This document shows, piece after piece, positions 1-14,075 of a stretch of DNA of 64,000 nt. Position 1 is the stretch's first letter. The number at the start of each line of letters is the position of its first letter. The stretch comes from the human T2T-CHM13v2.0 reference genome, Homo sapiens. The notes under the pieces were generated by a model. It was not told where the DNA came from. It did no database searches and saw only the letters and a list, made by a program, of their open reading frames with translations. The stretch lies in NCBI RefSeq assembly GCF_009914755.1, contig NC_060930.1; one strand, written 5' to 3'. Both the position numbers and the translations under genes were made by a program.

Positions 1-1716
1 TAAACAGCAATAAGAAAGGTTAAGTAGTGGGTGGTCAGAGAATTGGATTCAATGTCAATACTTTGATCCTCTGATAACAAGATAGCTTTATTGTTAAATT
101 AATAGTTGATATAATTTTAAAAAGTTTCAGAAAAGGGAATAAACATTTAATATTTAATGTGGAAAAAGTACATGAAGACTATCTAAATATTGAGATATGA
201 GCTATTGGAAGGAGAATGATAAATTTGCACCCAGAAATTCTTGCGCACTATATCAACTGGGGCAAATAAGTACATTCTTTTCAAGACTGGAACATATGGG
301 AAGCAAAGACAGTCTTAGACCATCTTTTTCTGTGCTTTTATCTTAGAAGGAACATAATTTAGCAATTTTTTTTCCATTGGCATTTATAGAATTATATAGT
401 TTTTCTTAATTAAGAAAATGAAAAGAATTCAATATTTTTGTGTGAATCCATGTAGGTGGTAAAATATATAAACAAGACAAGAAAAGATGGTACACACAAA
501 AAAAACACAGCCTTTTCAAGCAAATTGGAAGCTATAAAACATCATATGTCACAATTTTTTTGGTGGAATGTGATGTGCCAAGCTACTTGGATTTTTTAAA
601 AGTCAGCCATCAACTCATTAACCAGTGTCTGCAAGCAGATGTTGGCTTAAGCTGTGGTGCTCTTTTGTGTGCTTAAGAATGTGTAGATGGATATCAGCTT
701 TTCAAATAGAAAGTAGCTACAAAACATAAAAAATGATTTCTTTCCTCAAATTTTACTTGTCATATTATGTTACATTAGATGGTGAAACAGAATGTTAACT
801 GTGTAATGAGACAAGGATACTAAAATGTAAAGGAGAACACACTTTTTCAGCTTAGATACATGCCATCCTTTTAGACATGGGTAGCCATTCTGAAATGATA
901 GAAGAATTTTTGTTAAATGCAAATCAGCTGCTTGTGAATTTATAATATGAAAGTTTAACAAGTTTGAAAACTTTTCAAAACAACACAAAAGGTGCATGAG
1001 TGATACTTTGCTATTTTAAACAGAGATAAAAGACTGTGTTGGCAATGCGTAGCCACTTAGCACCTGATGTTTTTCTACCAACATTAGTGTTAGTGCCCAT
1101 GGCCCCTTGTTGATGTAAGCACCCCAATTTTGGGATTGCTGATGCTTTCTAATACTGTACCATGTGATTCTTTTGACAATAGTGGATATGTGGGCTTCTA
1201 GACCTCTATTAAAGTAACTGCAGTTTACCTCTCAAAAGAGAATATAACACAGGTATTTTGCAAAGCAGATAGACTGCATATTTGATTTATATTACAGTGA
1301 AAATTAATATTTATATAAAGATAAGAGAAGTTAACAAGAAAAGGCAACTGTTAGTGGAAAAGTAAAAGAATGTTGGAAGTGTACACAGATGGGTGGCTGG
1401 TGAAATCACTTTTGTTTTTAATGGAATCTGTTATTCTCTGTCGTTGAATCATTCTTACGTGTGTACTAATTGATTTTTTAACTCTTTCAATGCATCTCAT
1501 AATTCTCAACATCATTTAATCTGAATAATTCTGGGTTGATTCAGTCCTAAATGATTCCAGAAAGATAATCACTTATTTTATTCTTTTAAAACCTTGTCTA
1601 GAAAGAAATATTACAAACTAATTTGGGTTAAATTCCCATCTTTCTTAAGCACTGGTTGCAGCTGTGCTCCCTGGGAAGCGAACTCTGAGACTGAGATTAC
1701 ATGCAAGATTGCTCTC

Positions 1717-1850
1717 AGAGAAGAGAAGGGAAGGGAAGATGGAGAAAGGGAAAGGGAGAAGAGGGAGGAGAAAGAAGGGAATGAATTGGATGTGAGAGCA
1801 AAGAGAGGAAAAGGAGGGAGGGGATGAAAGGGAGAAGTGGGGGAGGCAGC
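1717..1850. repeat. GA-rich low-complexity polypurine tract
   Basis: AGAGAAGAGAAGGGAAGGGAAG...GGAGGGAGGGG; almost purine-only on the + strand. Confidence 0.85.
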
Positions 1851-1862
1851 AGGATTGGGCAG

Positions 1863-2215
1863 CACAATAGGCTAAATGTTTTGTGTACCCCCAAAATTCA
1901 TATGCTGAAACCTAATGCTCAATGTGATGGTATTTGGAGCTGGGGCCATGGGAGGTAATTAGGTTAGGAAAGTGGAGCCCTCAGAATGGGATTAGTGCCT
2001 TTATCAAGAGGCCAGGGCATTAGCTAGCCCTCCTTGTACAACGTGAGAATACAAGGAGAAGTTGGCAGTATGCAGTCCAGAAGAGTGTCATTAACAGAGC
2101 CTGACCGCAAGCATGATTTCAGACTTCATGTCTCCAGAACTATGAGAAGCAAATTTCTGTGTTTTATACATCAACAAGCCTACGGTACTTTGTTGTAATA
2201 GCCTAACCTAAGACA
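1863..2215 (+). mobile_element. MaLR solo LTR (MLT1A-like)
   Basis: CCCCCAAAATTCATATGCTGAAACCTAATG...GTGATGGTATTTGGAG...GGGATTAGTGCC...CTCCAGAACTATGAGA, ending CTAAGACA. Confidence 0.8.
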
Positions 2216-5200
2216 CAAGCCGAAGGAAAAATTGTAGCTGTCACGGTGTCTCAATAACAAAGAGTTATCCCATACTTCAGTGAGGGTGCTGGATCCTTAC
2301 ATCCTATTCAATATGCTGCATAATTTACTGCATAATATACTGCATAATTTATACTGTACAGTGATATAGAGTTTATGCTATATACTATACTTTAGAAATT
2401 ACACCAGTCAGTGGGTGCTGCTGCCCCAGGAAGGAGGCTTACAGCTAGGCAAGACTGCTCTCTGTAGTCCAGGACAGTTTCTTGAGAAGGCTAACAGCTG
2501 AGGACAGCTCTTCTAGCATCTGGAGAAACAAGTCCCAAAGTCTCAAAGGGGGATTTATACAGCTTGTCACACATTCACTATAGCATTAAAATGAGGAAGA
2601 TTATTTTAATTTCTAACCTAAATTACTCCTATTAAGTCTAGATTTTTAAATTCTACCTTCTTTGAAAGTACTGAGTAGCTGCTTTTCCTTGTATAAGCTA
2701 CACATTTCAATCATGATGGAGTGAGTCTACTAATGTAACTGAAAGCTGGATGAACAAGCCCAGTCCACTCCTTTCTAAGCTTTAAAAGCATTGCTCTTAT
2801 GTTTTCTTGAATGCATTGCTCTTGTGTTTTCTTGAATGCACTGGCTAAATCTTGAACATTTATTAATTTTTTATACCATTGTTGCAAAGATTGTAAGAAT
2901 AAGACATACCACATAACAATGCTTGGAGGACACGGTTATAATTTTAACTACCTGGAGAAGGCTAGCTATTTAGTAACACAATATTTTCATTTCATAGTGA
3001 ACTGTGGGCAAAGATATGTATAAGCACATTTTGGGATCATACAATAGGATCTTGGGCTTATTTAATTTAGAAACAGAGGTAGTAGATATTTAGGAGAGAA
3101 TAGAAAAATTTATCTTTCTTGGATTGAATAAGAAAATATTTGATGATGTAAGAAGCAATGAGATGTTGAGTACATCAGTTCTCTGTGGGGCCACGCAAGC
3201 TCAGTGACCTCCGTCAAGTGACTAAAGGACACTTAATGGGAGCTAAATGAAGCTAGGGCATTTTGTTGACCCTCCAGTCGTGAGACTATTGAGAAACCAC
3301 TACTTCAACCCCATAATGTTTCTCTGAGCCACTGGGGGAATCAAATAAAGAGGATTTCCAGTCAATACTGTGATAGAGACATAACTTTCTTTTTGTTGTG
3401 TTAAAACCAACAGGAAATATAAGGAATTTGATGGAACCAATCTTATATTTCCAGGAAATATAAGATAGAACCAACAGTAAATATAAGGAATTTGATAGGA
3501 TCAACAAAAAAAGTATAAGGTTTGGGTTAATGAAGTCTTTAGAAAAATAACTAATGCTGGTGAATTGGGGAAGGATATTTCAGATTTTAGGCCACCTTGG
3601 ACACACTAAGGATACGCATGTTCTTCAAAAATCTGCTCATATTAGAAATATTACAATTTTCAGTTTTTAAGGAACTCAGGAAAGTTCTTCCTGATTCATA
3701 TGTTTAAAAAATACATAAAGTATTACCCTGTGCATTACAACTTGATGACAGCAGCCATTCTTAGGACAGTTGTTTTATGGGAATCTTCCAGTAGCAGAGA
3801 TGGGTAAACCAGAATTATAAAAAATGATCCATCAAGTTATGGAGTATTTCATTGCAAAAAAAAGAGGCTCTAAATCTGGCTAGATGAATATGTCTTTTAA
3901 AAACGACACCTTCAAAACAACTAGACAGCTTTAAGTAGGAACTTCAAGATACAACAGTAGCATAGTTTGTTTCTCACTAAACTTGCAATTTCTTTTTTTG
4001 TTTGTTTGTTTCAGATAAGAAAATGAGGCTTTTGGTGAGGATTTGTAGAGGTTGTGCTTTCCATTCTTCTCCCTCTAGAACAGTGTGAGTGTTCAGGTAG
4101 ACTCTCTGTCATTCTCCATAGGCAGAAATAAAATCGCTGTTCTTTTATAGAGAAGTTGCCCTCTAAGTACTTCCAGCCAAGATTGTAAGTTATATAAATC
4201 TTGTGGAAAAGTGTGAATTTCTTCTCCAGCTACTGGAATTACCTTTGCTCCATCATAGCAAGCTTTTTTAACCCAACATTTTTCCACATCTTTGTATTTC
4301 ATTATTTTATTTACTTTACACAAGTGAATGTCCATATGTTAGACCTCTGTAGAGATTTTTTTGTGCCAAAGTGGCTAATAGGCAATATGATAAGTATAAA
4401 CAAATACTGAGACTATAAATGGGTCCTGCCTCTAGGCCCATACAGAACACACAGATCCTTCTTTCCTACTTCTTTTCTGTGTGAATAAACAGCATTCTTA
4501 AAATTCCTAGGATAAAGAATTGAAATTTCTCTTTCTCCTTTATTGTCTAGTATTTGACTAGCCTCAGGTTTTAGAATCTGAAAAGTTGAAATGAGTCATT
4601 AGGTTTTCAGTTGACTTGGACTGAAGAAAAAACCTAATTGTACATTTTTGCAAGATTTTAAATAAATAACATCTGCTGTCTTAGCCATGGATGATTTAAT
4701 TTTTTAACACGTGCTTCCACCCTTTAATTTTCTGCAAAGCAGCCACATCAATTATTAATTCATCTATATTTCCTCAAAGCGAGTCAGACTTAAGATCCTT
4801 CATAAATATTTAAGAATACTGCTGCAAAATAAACAAAAACTTCTACTTAACTTTTAATTGCAAGTTCGAGAACCAATGCTTGCAAAAGCAACAAAAAACA
4901 AGACAAACATGATAAAAAAAAAAAAAAGAAAACCCTGAGAAGTAAAAAAGCAGAAACTAAAAGAACAAGGAGGCCAGACTTCTGTCATTGCCTGTTTTAC
5001 AATGTGAATCTCATTTACTGCACATTTAACTAATGGAATAAATGGACATGGCCAAATTTAACTCAGGCCTGATGATAGCACTTAATTTTTGATAATTCAC
5101 TTTTTCTCTTCCTCTTTCTTTCACACACATTGCCACACATGGTGCACACTCTTTACCATTAATACTGAACAAGTTACTAAAATAATAAATACAGGAATAT

Positions 5201-5286
5201 GCAAAATAGCCTGCATGTAATTAAAATAATGAGGGAATAGCTCAAACTTTCCTTTCTTATTATATTAACAAGGCTTCTGAGAAAGA

Positions 5287-5730
5287 TGCTATTATGAATT
5301 GAATTGTGTACTCCAAAAAGACATATTGAAGTCTAGCCCCCTATACCTGTGAATATGACCTTATTTCGAAATTGGGTCTTTGCAGATGTAATCAAATAAA
5401 GATGAGGTCATGCTGAATTAGGGGGAGCCCTAATCCAATATGCTGGTGCCCTTATGAGAAGAGGAGAAAAGCCACACAGAGACGCAGAGAAAAAAATGCC
5501 ATGTGACAATGTAGACAAAGACTGGAGTGATGCATCTATGAGTCAAGGAATGTCAAGGATTTTGGGCAACAGCAGAAGCCAAGAGAAAGGCATAGATTAG
5601 ATTCTTTCCTAGAGCTTTCAGAAAAAGTGCAGCCCCAGTGACACCTTGATTTCAGACTTCTAACTTCCAGGCATGTGAGAGAATAAATTTCTGTTGAAAG
5701 ACACCCAGTTTGTGCCACTTGGTTACATAG
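5287..5730 (+). mobile_element. MaLR solo LTR (MLT1C-like)
   Basis: GAATTGTGTACTCCAAAAAGACATATTGAAGTC...GTGAATATGACCTTATTT...CTTTGCAGATGTAATCAA...GACACCTTGATTTCAGACTTC...GAATAAATTTCTGTTG. Confidence 0.8.
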
Positions 5731-6908
5731 ATGCTATATGCTAATCTGTTCTTTTTGCTTTCTAATATTAAAAAGCATAGATACTATGGATAGAATATAT
5801 GTACAGTTTTAAAATTATAAAGCAAATATCCTTCTGATCACCCTCCAGGTCAATAAACAAGAATGATATTTCTGAATCCTTGGAAGGTTCTCTTATATAC
5901 CCCTTTCTTATCATAGCCTACTTCTTTCCCCCACTGCCTGATAATCCTTTAGCAGCTTTTCTTTATAGTTATATCACCTATGCAATTATACTATAACCAA
6001 TATGGTTTAATTTTCCCGCTGATAAATCTTTAAAGGAGAAGATATTTGGATGAACCAAGCTGATGAAAATGCATTTTAGAGCTTTGCTTAGGCAAATTCA
6101 CACGTTACTTACTGATAAATATAAATTGAAACTACACTCTGTAAAATTATATTTTGAATAAGCATATTCATTCAGTTGATTCACTCATTGAAGACTTATT
6201 ATTAACTGGGGACATACTGGGCAAACTTTATTTTTCAGGCATTTTCCAGATAAGAGATTAAAAGTAATGTCAATAATTCCACTTTAACAAAATATATAAT
6301 TTAAAGCAAAATTAAATTATCTGAAAATCATACTTACTTGTTACTTATGCACACACACAAGAGTTTGTGTGATTTAATAAGATTGTATTATAGAACAATT
6401 GATTAATATGATGAATTTTACCAATTTATAGATTAACTTCATTTATTCATATAAACATAAGAGCATAGTTTTAGAGGTGCTACACATTTTAATTTTCATT
6501 AAGTTATTAGATTATCTAGATTTGCTTAGTTACTGAATTTGCCCAGTCTATGCATATTAATTCTTCTTGGAATTTCCATGTATTTACTGTTAATAGAAAA
6601 TATACAAGTCTTTTTTTGATTTTATAGACTGCTTAATATAACACATGTTTAACTATTACAAAGTGTTAGATATAAGGAGGTAAAGGGATTCAAATGAGTT
6701 TTTTGTTTGGTAGTAAAATGCTTGTGAATAGGAGTCTGTCAGATGTTTTAGAAGACACTGGAACACAAGTGTCTCCTGCTTTTCAAAAAGCTTATGGTTC
6801 CCAGAAGAAAAGAATGGGTTGGCTAATGACTATAATATAATATAATATGATGCATTCTGTAGTCCAGGAAAACTTGAAGTGGATCTAGCTCAAATATGAA
6901 AGTGATGA

Positions 6909-7221
6909 GACCAGGTGCAGTGGCTCATGCCTGTAATCCCAGCACTTTGGGAGGCCAAGGCCAGTGGATTGCTTGAGCTCACAGGTTCGAGACATGCCTG
7001 GGCAATATAGCAAAATCCTGCCTCTATAAAAAATACAAAAATTAGCCAGGCATGATGGTGCACACCTGTAGTCCCAGCTACTCAGGAGGCTAAGGTGGGA
7101 GGATTGTTTGTGCCCAGGAGGAGGAAGCTGCAGTGAGCTGAGATTGCTCCACTGCATTACAGCCAGGTGATGGAGTGAGACCCCATCTCAATTAAAAAAA
7201 AAAAAAAGGAAAAAGTAAAAA
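6909..7221 (+). mobile_element. Alu, full length (AluJ-like)
   Basis: Dimeric Alu with GGATTGCTTGAG J-type motif and A tail. TSD GAAAGTGATGA at 6898-6908 and 7222-7232. Confidence 0.95.
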
Positions 7222-7631
7222 GAAAGTGATGAATTCTACCTGGAGAGAAACAGATTTGTTCCCATGGGACATGGCATATATAAAGCCATTGTTGAGTATT
7301 GAAGGGCGGGAGTTTGCAGACAGAGAATCCCAAGGTCAAATAAGGGCAAAGTGTTTGGCCTGTATCAAATTTGTTTTTAATGTCAGGAAATAAATCTCAA
7401 TAATATTTATCTCTAGATATGTATTATATTACGTTTGTGCCAGCTTTTAATTAATCTTGGAAAGTTATCAACTTCATATACTTATTGATAGATTATAATT
7501 TAGTTAACAAAACATGTCACTGGCGAATATGATTCAGTTGACATGCTCACTATTACACGCATTTATTTCCAGATTCAAAGTTCCTGATACTGCACATTAT
7601 CAACTGCAAATTATTTCTTTAAAAAATTTAT

Positions 7632-8040
<409 letters not shown>

Positions 8041-8049
8041 TTATTCTTT

Positions 8050-8412
8050 TTTAAGTTTTGTTTTTAATTGACAAATAATAATTTGTATATTTATGGGATT
8101 CAGTGTGATATTTTGAAACATTTATACATTGTAGAACGATCAAGTCAGGCTAGAATATCCACATCTTAAATATTTATCATTTCTTTTTGTGGTAAGAACA
8201 GCTAAAATCCTCTTTCTTAAAATTTTCAGCTATTTTGAAATGCATTAATAATTATAGTCACCATGCTGTACAATGAAACACCAGCTCATACTTCTCCTAA
8301 CTGAAACTTTGTACTCGCTAACCAACGTCTCCCTTTCACCCATTCACCCCTCCCATAAAACTAGCCAGTGAAAACCATTATTCTACTCTCTACTTCTATG
8401 TGTTTGACTTTC
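8050..8412 (-). mobile_element. L1MA-type LINE-1 3' UTR fragment
   Basis: TTTTAATTGACAAATAATAATTTGTATATTTATGGG...TATAGTCACCATGCTGTACAAT...ATTCTACTCTCTACTTCTATG. Confidence 0.75.
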
Positions 8413-9384
8413 TCCCTTGATTTTTTTTTTTTTTCTGGCTTTTTTCTTTTGGTATTGTGGTAATTTTGCTGTGGGTTGTAAAAATGTCCCTAGATAGCAG
8501 TTTCTTGGAACTTTATGAGTTTACTCAGTTTTCATGTTAATTTTTCAACTTGAAATTTCCACACAACATTAATAGATTCAAATTACACTAATACATTCAA
8601 ATTTTACAGCTAGGATGGCACAGGCTCAGAGGTTGAATTTTTCCAATTAGACTCAATCCACACAGTACCCATCTCCTCCTCCTCTTGCCTGACACTGGAT
8701 TGCCTAAATGAATAGCTATTTTCAATATCATTACACTCAGATGCAGCCTTTCAGATTTCTTTTTATGCATGGTCTTACATCTTGCTTTCTATCGTGCACA
8801 AGTCCAAGTTTACTCTGTTCCCATGTGAGTGGTCAACTTCCTTGGGCCAATATCTAAGTCCCTTTGGCCTGCTGAAGGATTAGTTAGTGTATTCTGTATT
8901 CTGGCCTTGACTCCTTTCTTTCTTCATTTGCAGAGACTTCTGTTATTTAATTAAAGCTTGACAACATTGTCAATCTTTTGGTATGCTTTATAATTTCTGC
9001 ATTTTTGTTGCTGAGGACTAAGAAGGGGGAAAAAGAGGGCCTATTTGTTTAAATTGCTAAATTACTAGAACTAGAATTAGATTTTTTTTGGATAAGAGTG
9101 TAAGACAATTTGGAGATCTGAGATAAGTACCAAAGGATGATGGCAGAAGGATGGGGAAGGAGTGGCGAGTTGGAGATCAAGGAACCTTGATTGTGCACAG
9201 ACGTGTAAGAGCCAGTAAATGAAGAGGTGCTGCTGGAAAAGGGAAACAGAAGATTCAGGAGACTGGTGTCACAAAAACTGCAGGGGCAGGAGATTTCACG
9301 AAAGTTTTAGGATATTTAACATGTAGCATCCCTATCTGGTAAAGTTTAGCATCACAGGGAAAAAGCTCATTGGCTTTGGCACTT

Positions 9385-9828
9385 AGTCATTTCCAGTCTT
9401 CTTCCTCTCAGTTGGTGGCAACCCCATCAGGTTGCTCAGTCAAAAACCTTGGTGCCATCCTTGACTTACCAACCTCTCTCACAAGATCTATATCTAATTC
9501 ATCAGGAAATTCTGTTTTCTTGGCCTTCAAGATATGTCTGCACTTTGACTACTCACCACTACTAATTTAAAATTGCAAACTGAATATCTCCCCTTCCCAC
9601 TCTCAACAATTTCAATATTGGTTACCCAGCTCTCTTATTGTTCCATAGCATTTTTCATCTCCAGAATCGTGGATGGCATCCTCATTTATTACAGTGATTG
9701 CTTACTGCCTGTCTTCTCTCACTAGACTACTAGTCCCATGAGGGCAGGGTTCTCTGCTGTGCTTTAAGGGCTTAGAGCACCTGTACCTGGCACGTAGTAG
9801 TGACTCAATAATTGTTACATAAATGAAT
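9385..9828 (+). mobile_element. L2 LINE 3' fragments
   Basis: AAAAACCTTGGTGCCATCCTTGACT; CTAGACT...CCATGAGGGCAGGG; CCTGGCACGTAGTAG...CTCAATAA...AAATGAAT, the L2 terminus. Confidence 0.7.
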
Positions 9829-9894
9829 TGTAATCTTGTTGTATATTTAACTAAAATTTCATTTGAGCAAATTTTAGTTAAATATATAACAGAC

Positions 9895-10618
9895 TCCAGT
9901 TAGAGCTATATAGTTGGAGCTGCATGTTTTAGGCATGTAAGCCTTATTCAATTCTACTTTGAATATAATTAATATTTTAGTAAAAATTTAATCTCTTATC
10001 CTATTATAGGAATTCTGTGCTCAAGAATTTTTGCAACCATCAAATCCTAGAAATTAGAGTCCAAACATTACTATCAGATACCATTTTTACCTTATAAACT
10101 AATTAAAGATTTTAGCCAAACTTCTAAATAATGAGATTTAAAACATTCATAAGGAATTAATATTCTAGCATTTCTTCTTCACAAAGTACTTACCCAGTGA
10201 ACAAAGAAATTTCAACTTACCAAAACAACAAAATACTGCATATATTTGAGGATTCTTCCAACTGGAACTAAACAGTTGGAGCTGTATGTTTTAGGCATGT
10301 AAGCCTTATTCAATTCTACTTTGAATATAGTTAATATTTTAGTAAAAATTTAATCTCTTATTCTGTTATAGGAATTCTGTGCTCAAGAATTTTTGCATCC
10401 ATCAAATCCTAGAAATTAGAGTCCGCACATTACTACCAGGTACCATTTTTACCTTATACCCTAATTAAAGATTTTAGCCGAACTTCTAAATAATGAGATT
10501 TAAAATATTCATAAGGAATTAATAATCTAGCATTTGTTCTTCACAAAGTACTTACTCAGTGAACAAAGAATTTTAAATTTACCGAAAAAACAAAAGACTT
10601 CATATATTTGAGGATTCT
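9895..10618. repeat. Head-to-tail tandem duplication, 362-bp unit x2
   Basis: 9912-10256 aligns without gaps to 10274-10618 (AGTTGGAGCTG...TTTGAGGATTCT), about 23 mismatches in 345 bp by eye. The first 17 bp of each unit are more diverged. Confidence 0.97.
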
Positions 10619-11446
10619 CAGTATGTCCTTCAGGTGGGAGCTAATCATAATTCCAAAACAAACAAACACAAATGCCATAGTCCCAAGTGTTGAAATTCCA
10701 AAAGATCAAAATACTGAAAATATAATTCTAAAAAAGTTTAAAAAATTGTATTTACACTTTTAAAAGGAGATTTATTTGAGAAACATAAAAACACAACAAA
10801 ACACTTCCTAGGCCATTTTACATAAGAAAATAGGCAATAATAACATGCATATTTTTGCAAGCATTAACACTTTGGCATACTAATGACAGTTGCATGGGTA
10901 TAACAGTTATAAGCAGTCAAGTTGTATTCATATAAATAGGTCAAAAGTGAAATATATACTATAGTTGGTAATTACGTGTGTCTAGCTTTATAACTTTGGT
11001 CATATGAAACATAATGACAGACAACATAAATCTTGTCTTGGCGAGACTGTTGGAAAACCATGATGAGATACTGTCACAAATGTAATCACCCAAAGAGTCA
11101 AGATCTCAAGAAATTGTATCTTTCACAAATGCAGATCTACAAAAAGGACATTTCTTCATTTAGTGAGGAAATTTCAACATTTCTATATAAATGTGCAGTG
11201 CTTATACATAAAGTCAACATTGTGATAATGCACTTCAATGGAATCAAATTTGCAGCATAAAACAAATTAGAACTCTCTAAAAGTCTCCACACAATTTAGA
11301 TCTCTAATATGGGATATGATGTGAAGATGAAATACATAGCATAACAAATTGGCGCTATGTGTGAAGAGGTAGAAGTTATATGTGATTGGATAATTTGGCT
11401 TGGAGGACTTCTTGTATTTTTCATCTGTGTTTTTACTTCTGTGATC

Positions 11447-11665
11447 TGTATTTGGACAGTGGTTGTGGTCTACAAATTTTGTAAGTATATGCAGTCCATC
11501 TGAAAGTCTGATTATTGCTTGGCCTTTGCAATTAAGGGATTTTCAGCTTTTGCAGCACCAATAATAATTAGCTTTTAAACTTTTATCTTTCACTATTAAG
11601 AAGCCTCATACACTTAACTTATCACAGCCTTTTTGTGAGGGAACAATTTCACAGATCTCTTCCAC
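11447..11665 (-). pseudogene. Decayed MULE transposase N-terminus (FLYWCH zinc-finger domain)
   Basis: Manual translation: VEEICEIVPSQKGCDKLSV*GFLIVKDKSLKANYYWCCKS*KSLNCKGQAIIRLSDGLHILTKFVDHNHCPNT. It has the FLYWCH pattern S-x-KG...G-F...YWxC...C...HNH-x-P and two in-frame TGA stops. Confidence 0.8.
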
Positions 11666-11721
11666 TGTGTTGTAAGGAATACAGTAGCAGGAATGATACT
11701 TGGCTTCCTCAACGCCAAGTG

Positions 11722-12569
<848 letters not shown>

Positions 12570-12614
12570 GGTTGGCGCACTGTCAATTTAGCACTCATAT
12601 ATAACCCCTTAAAC

Positions 12615-12838
12615 CAAGCTTGTCCAACCTATGGCCCATGGGCCACATGAGGCCCAGGATGGCTTTGAATGTAGCCCAATGCAAATTGATAAGCTTTCTT
12701 AAAACATTATGAGAATTTTTGTGATTTTTAAAAAAATCTCATCAGCTGTCGTTAGTGTTAGTGTATTTTATATGTGGCCCAAGGCAGTTCTTCTTCTTTT
12801 AATGTGGCCCAGGGAAGCCAAAAGATTGGACACCCTTG
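12615..12838 (-). mobile_element. MER30 (hAT-Charlie MITE)
   Basis: CAAGCTTGTCCAACC...GTGGCCCAGGGAAGCCAAAAGATTGGACACCCTTG. Perfect 8-bp TSD CCTTAAAC at 12607-12614 and 12839-12846. Confidence 0.9.
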
Positions 12839-13927
12839 CCTTAAACCATACTTAATTTCCAAATAAAGACAATAACAAGTTAATAGCTCTACCTAACATA
12901 ATGCAACTATTCTGTGACTGTGAATTTCAAGATTTTAGACATTGGGGATTTTAGACTTTAGAAATTTTGATCTTTTGAGATTTCAACATTTGGGATTATG
13001 GCATTTAGGATTGTGTCTTTTGGGATTATAATCCAAACCCCCTTTGGGCAAACTCATTTAACACACATTCTCATAAGTCTGTATATATTTAAATAAGGTT
13101 GTGACATGAGTATACAACTTTTCGTTGAATAAAGATACAAACTGATTCCCTTATATCAGCAAGTCATATAGATTCTCTTTGTCAGAAGATATTTACAATT
13201 TTAATTTTTTGCTTTATAAATTCTAGTAAGAGCTTCTGGCCTTTCTTGGCTGTGAGTTAAAAAACTGACTTCATAATTCCTTCCTTCCTTCTTTTCATTC
13301 TTCCATATGTCTTTTTTCTTTATTTTGCTCTTCTGCCCCCCACCATCTTCAGTCCACTCAATAGCCAGTTCCTACTCTAAAAACAGCAAATGGAATTACA
13401 ATAAACTAATATACTTAACTTGTCTTGCAGAGTCCACTGCGTCTTTTGGTTCATCATTATTTTGTGCGTAGAGATTTTTGTTTTTTCACCGAATATAATT
13501 GCATTGACTTCCTACCAAGTGGTATAATTCTCAATTCTTTCTCACACATCTCTTTCTTACACATTTAGAAGTTGAGCCCACACCCATTCTCTAATCATCA
13601 CAGCTGACGTTCATTTGCTGTTCTCTCGTTATTTCAATCATTTGCTTCTTGGGTTTTAGAGTCTGTTCATTTTTTTTTTTTTTTTTTTTTTTGCTTGACC
13701 AAAAGAGACTAGAAGGCTGTGAGTTGTGGCTCTTCTTACGAATTGCATGTGCTTAGTTTACTGTTTGTATTAACATCTCACCTGGGAGGCAGAGACACAT
13801 GAAAACAAGATTCAGAGCTCTAAGGACATTACTGATGATGCAAGCTGATACAGACAGGAAAATCAACAGAGCCCAGCAACATCAAAGCAGCACTTGCTCT
13901 TTGGTCATTTAGGAATTGAATCAAGAA

Positions 13928-14075
13928 TACCTAATGTTAAATGACGAGTTAATGGGTGCAGCACACCAACATGGCACATGTATACATATGTAACAAACAT
14001 GCACATTGTGCACATGTACCCTAAAACTTAAAGTATAATTTAAAAAAAAAGAAAAGAAAACCTTAAAAAAAAAAA
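13928..14075 (+). mobile_element. Very short 5'-truncated L1PA 3' end
   Basis: TACCTAATGTTAAATGACGAGTTAATGGGTGCAGCACACCAACATGGCACATG...CCCTAAAACTTAAAGTATAAT followed by an A-rich tail. Confidence 0.92.

Larger units (their letters stand above)
1650..2582 (-). mobile_element. Old ERVL-class solo LTR (LTR16/LTR33-like), interrupted by a purine-rich tract and an MLT1A LTR
   Basis: Motifs GGGAAGCGAACTCTGAGACTGAGATT and CAGCAGGATTGGGCAG, resuming after 2215 with CTGCCCCAGGAAGG...CAGCTGAGG...CATTCACTATA, resemble recalled LTR16-type sequence. Boundaries are approximate. Confidence 0.5.

Noticed and set aside
1-1140. Possible decayed hAT/Charlie-like DNA transposon (end resembles GCACCCCA...TTTGGGA..GCTG)
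   Set aside because: I could not recover transposase motifs by manual translation or find a partner TIR. It needs a Dfam search.
2312-2356. About three copies of a 12-bp unit (ACTGCATAAT[T/A]T)
   Set aside because: Ordinary short slippage repeat inside an old LTR.
13669-13692. T24 tract as a possible processed-pseudogene tail
   Set aside because: No adjacent reverse poly(A) signal, TSD or recognisable mRNA body.
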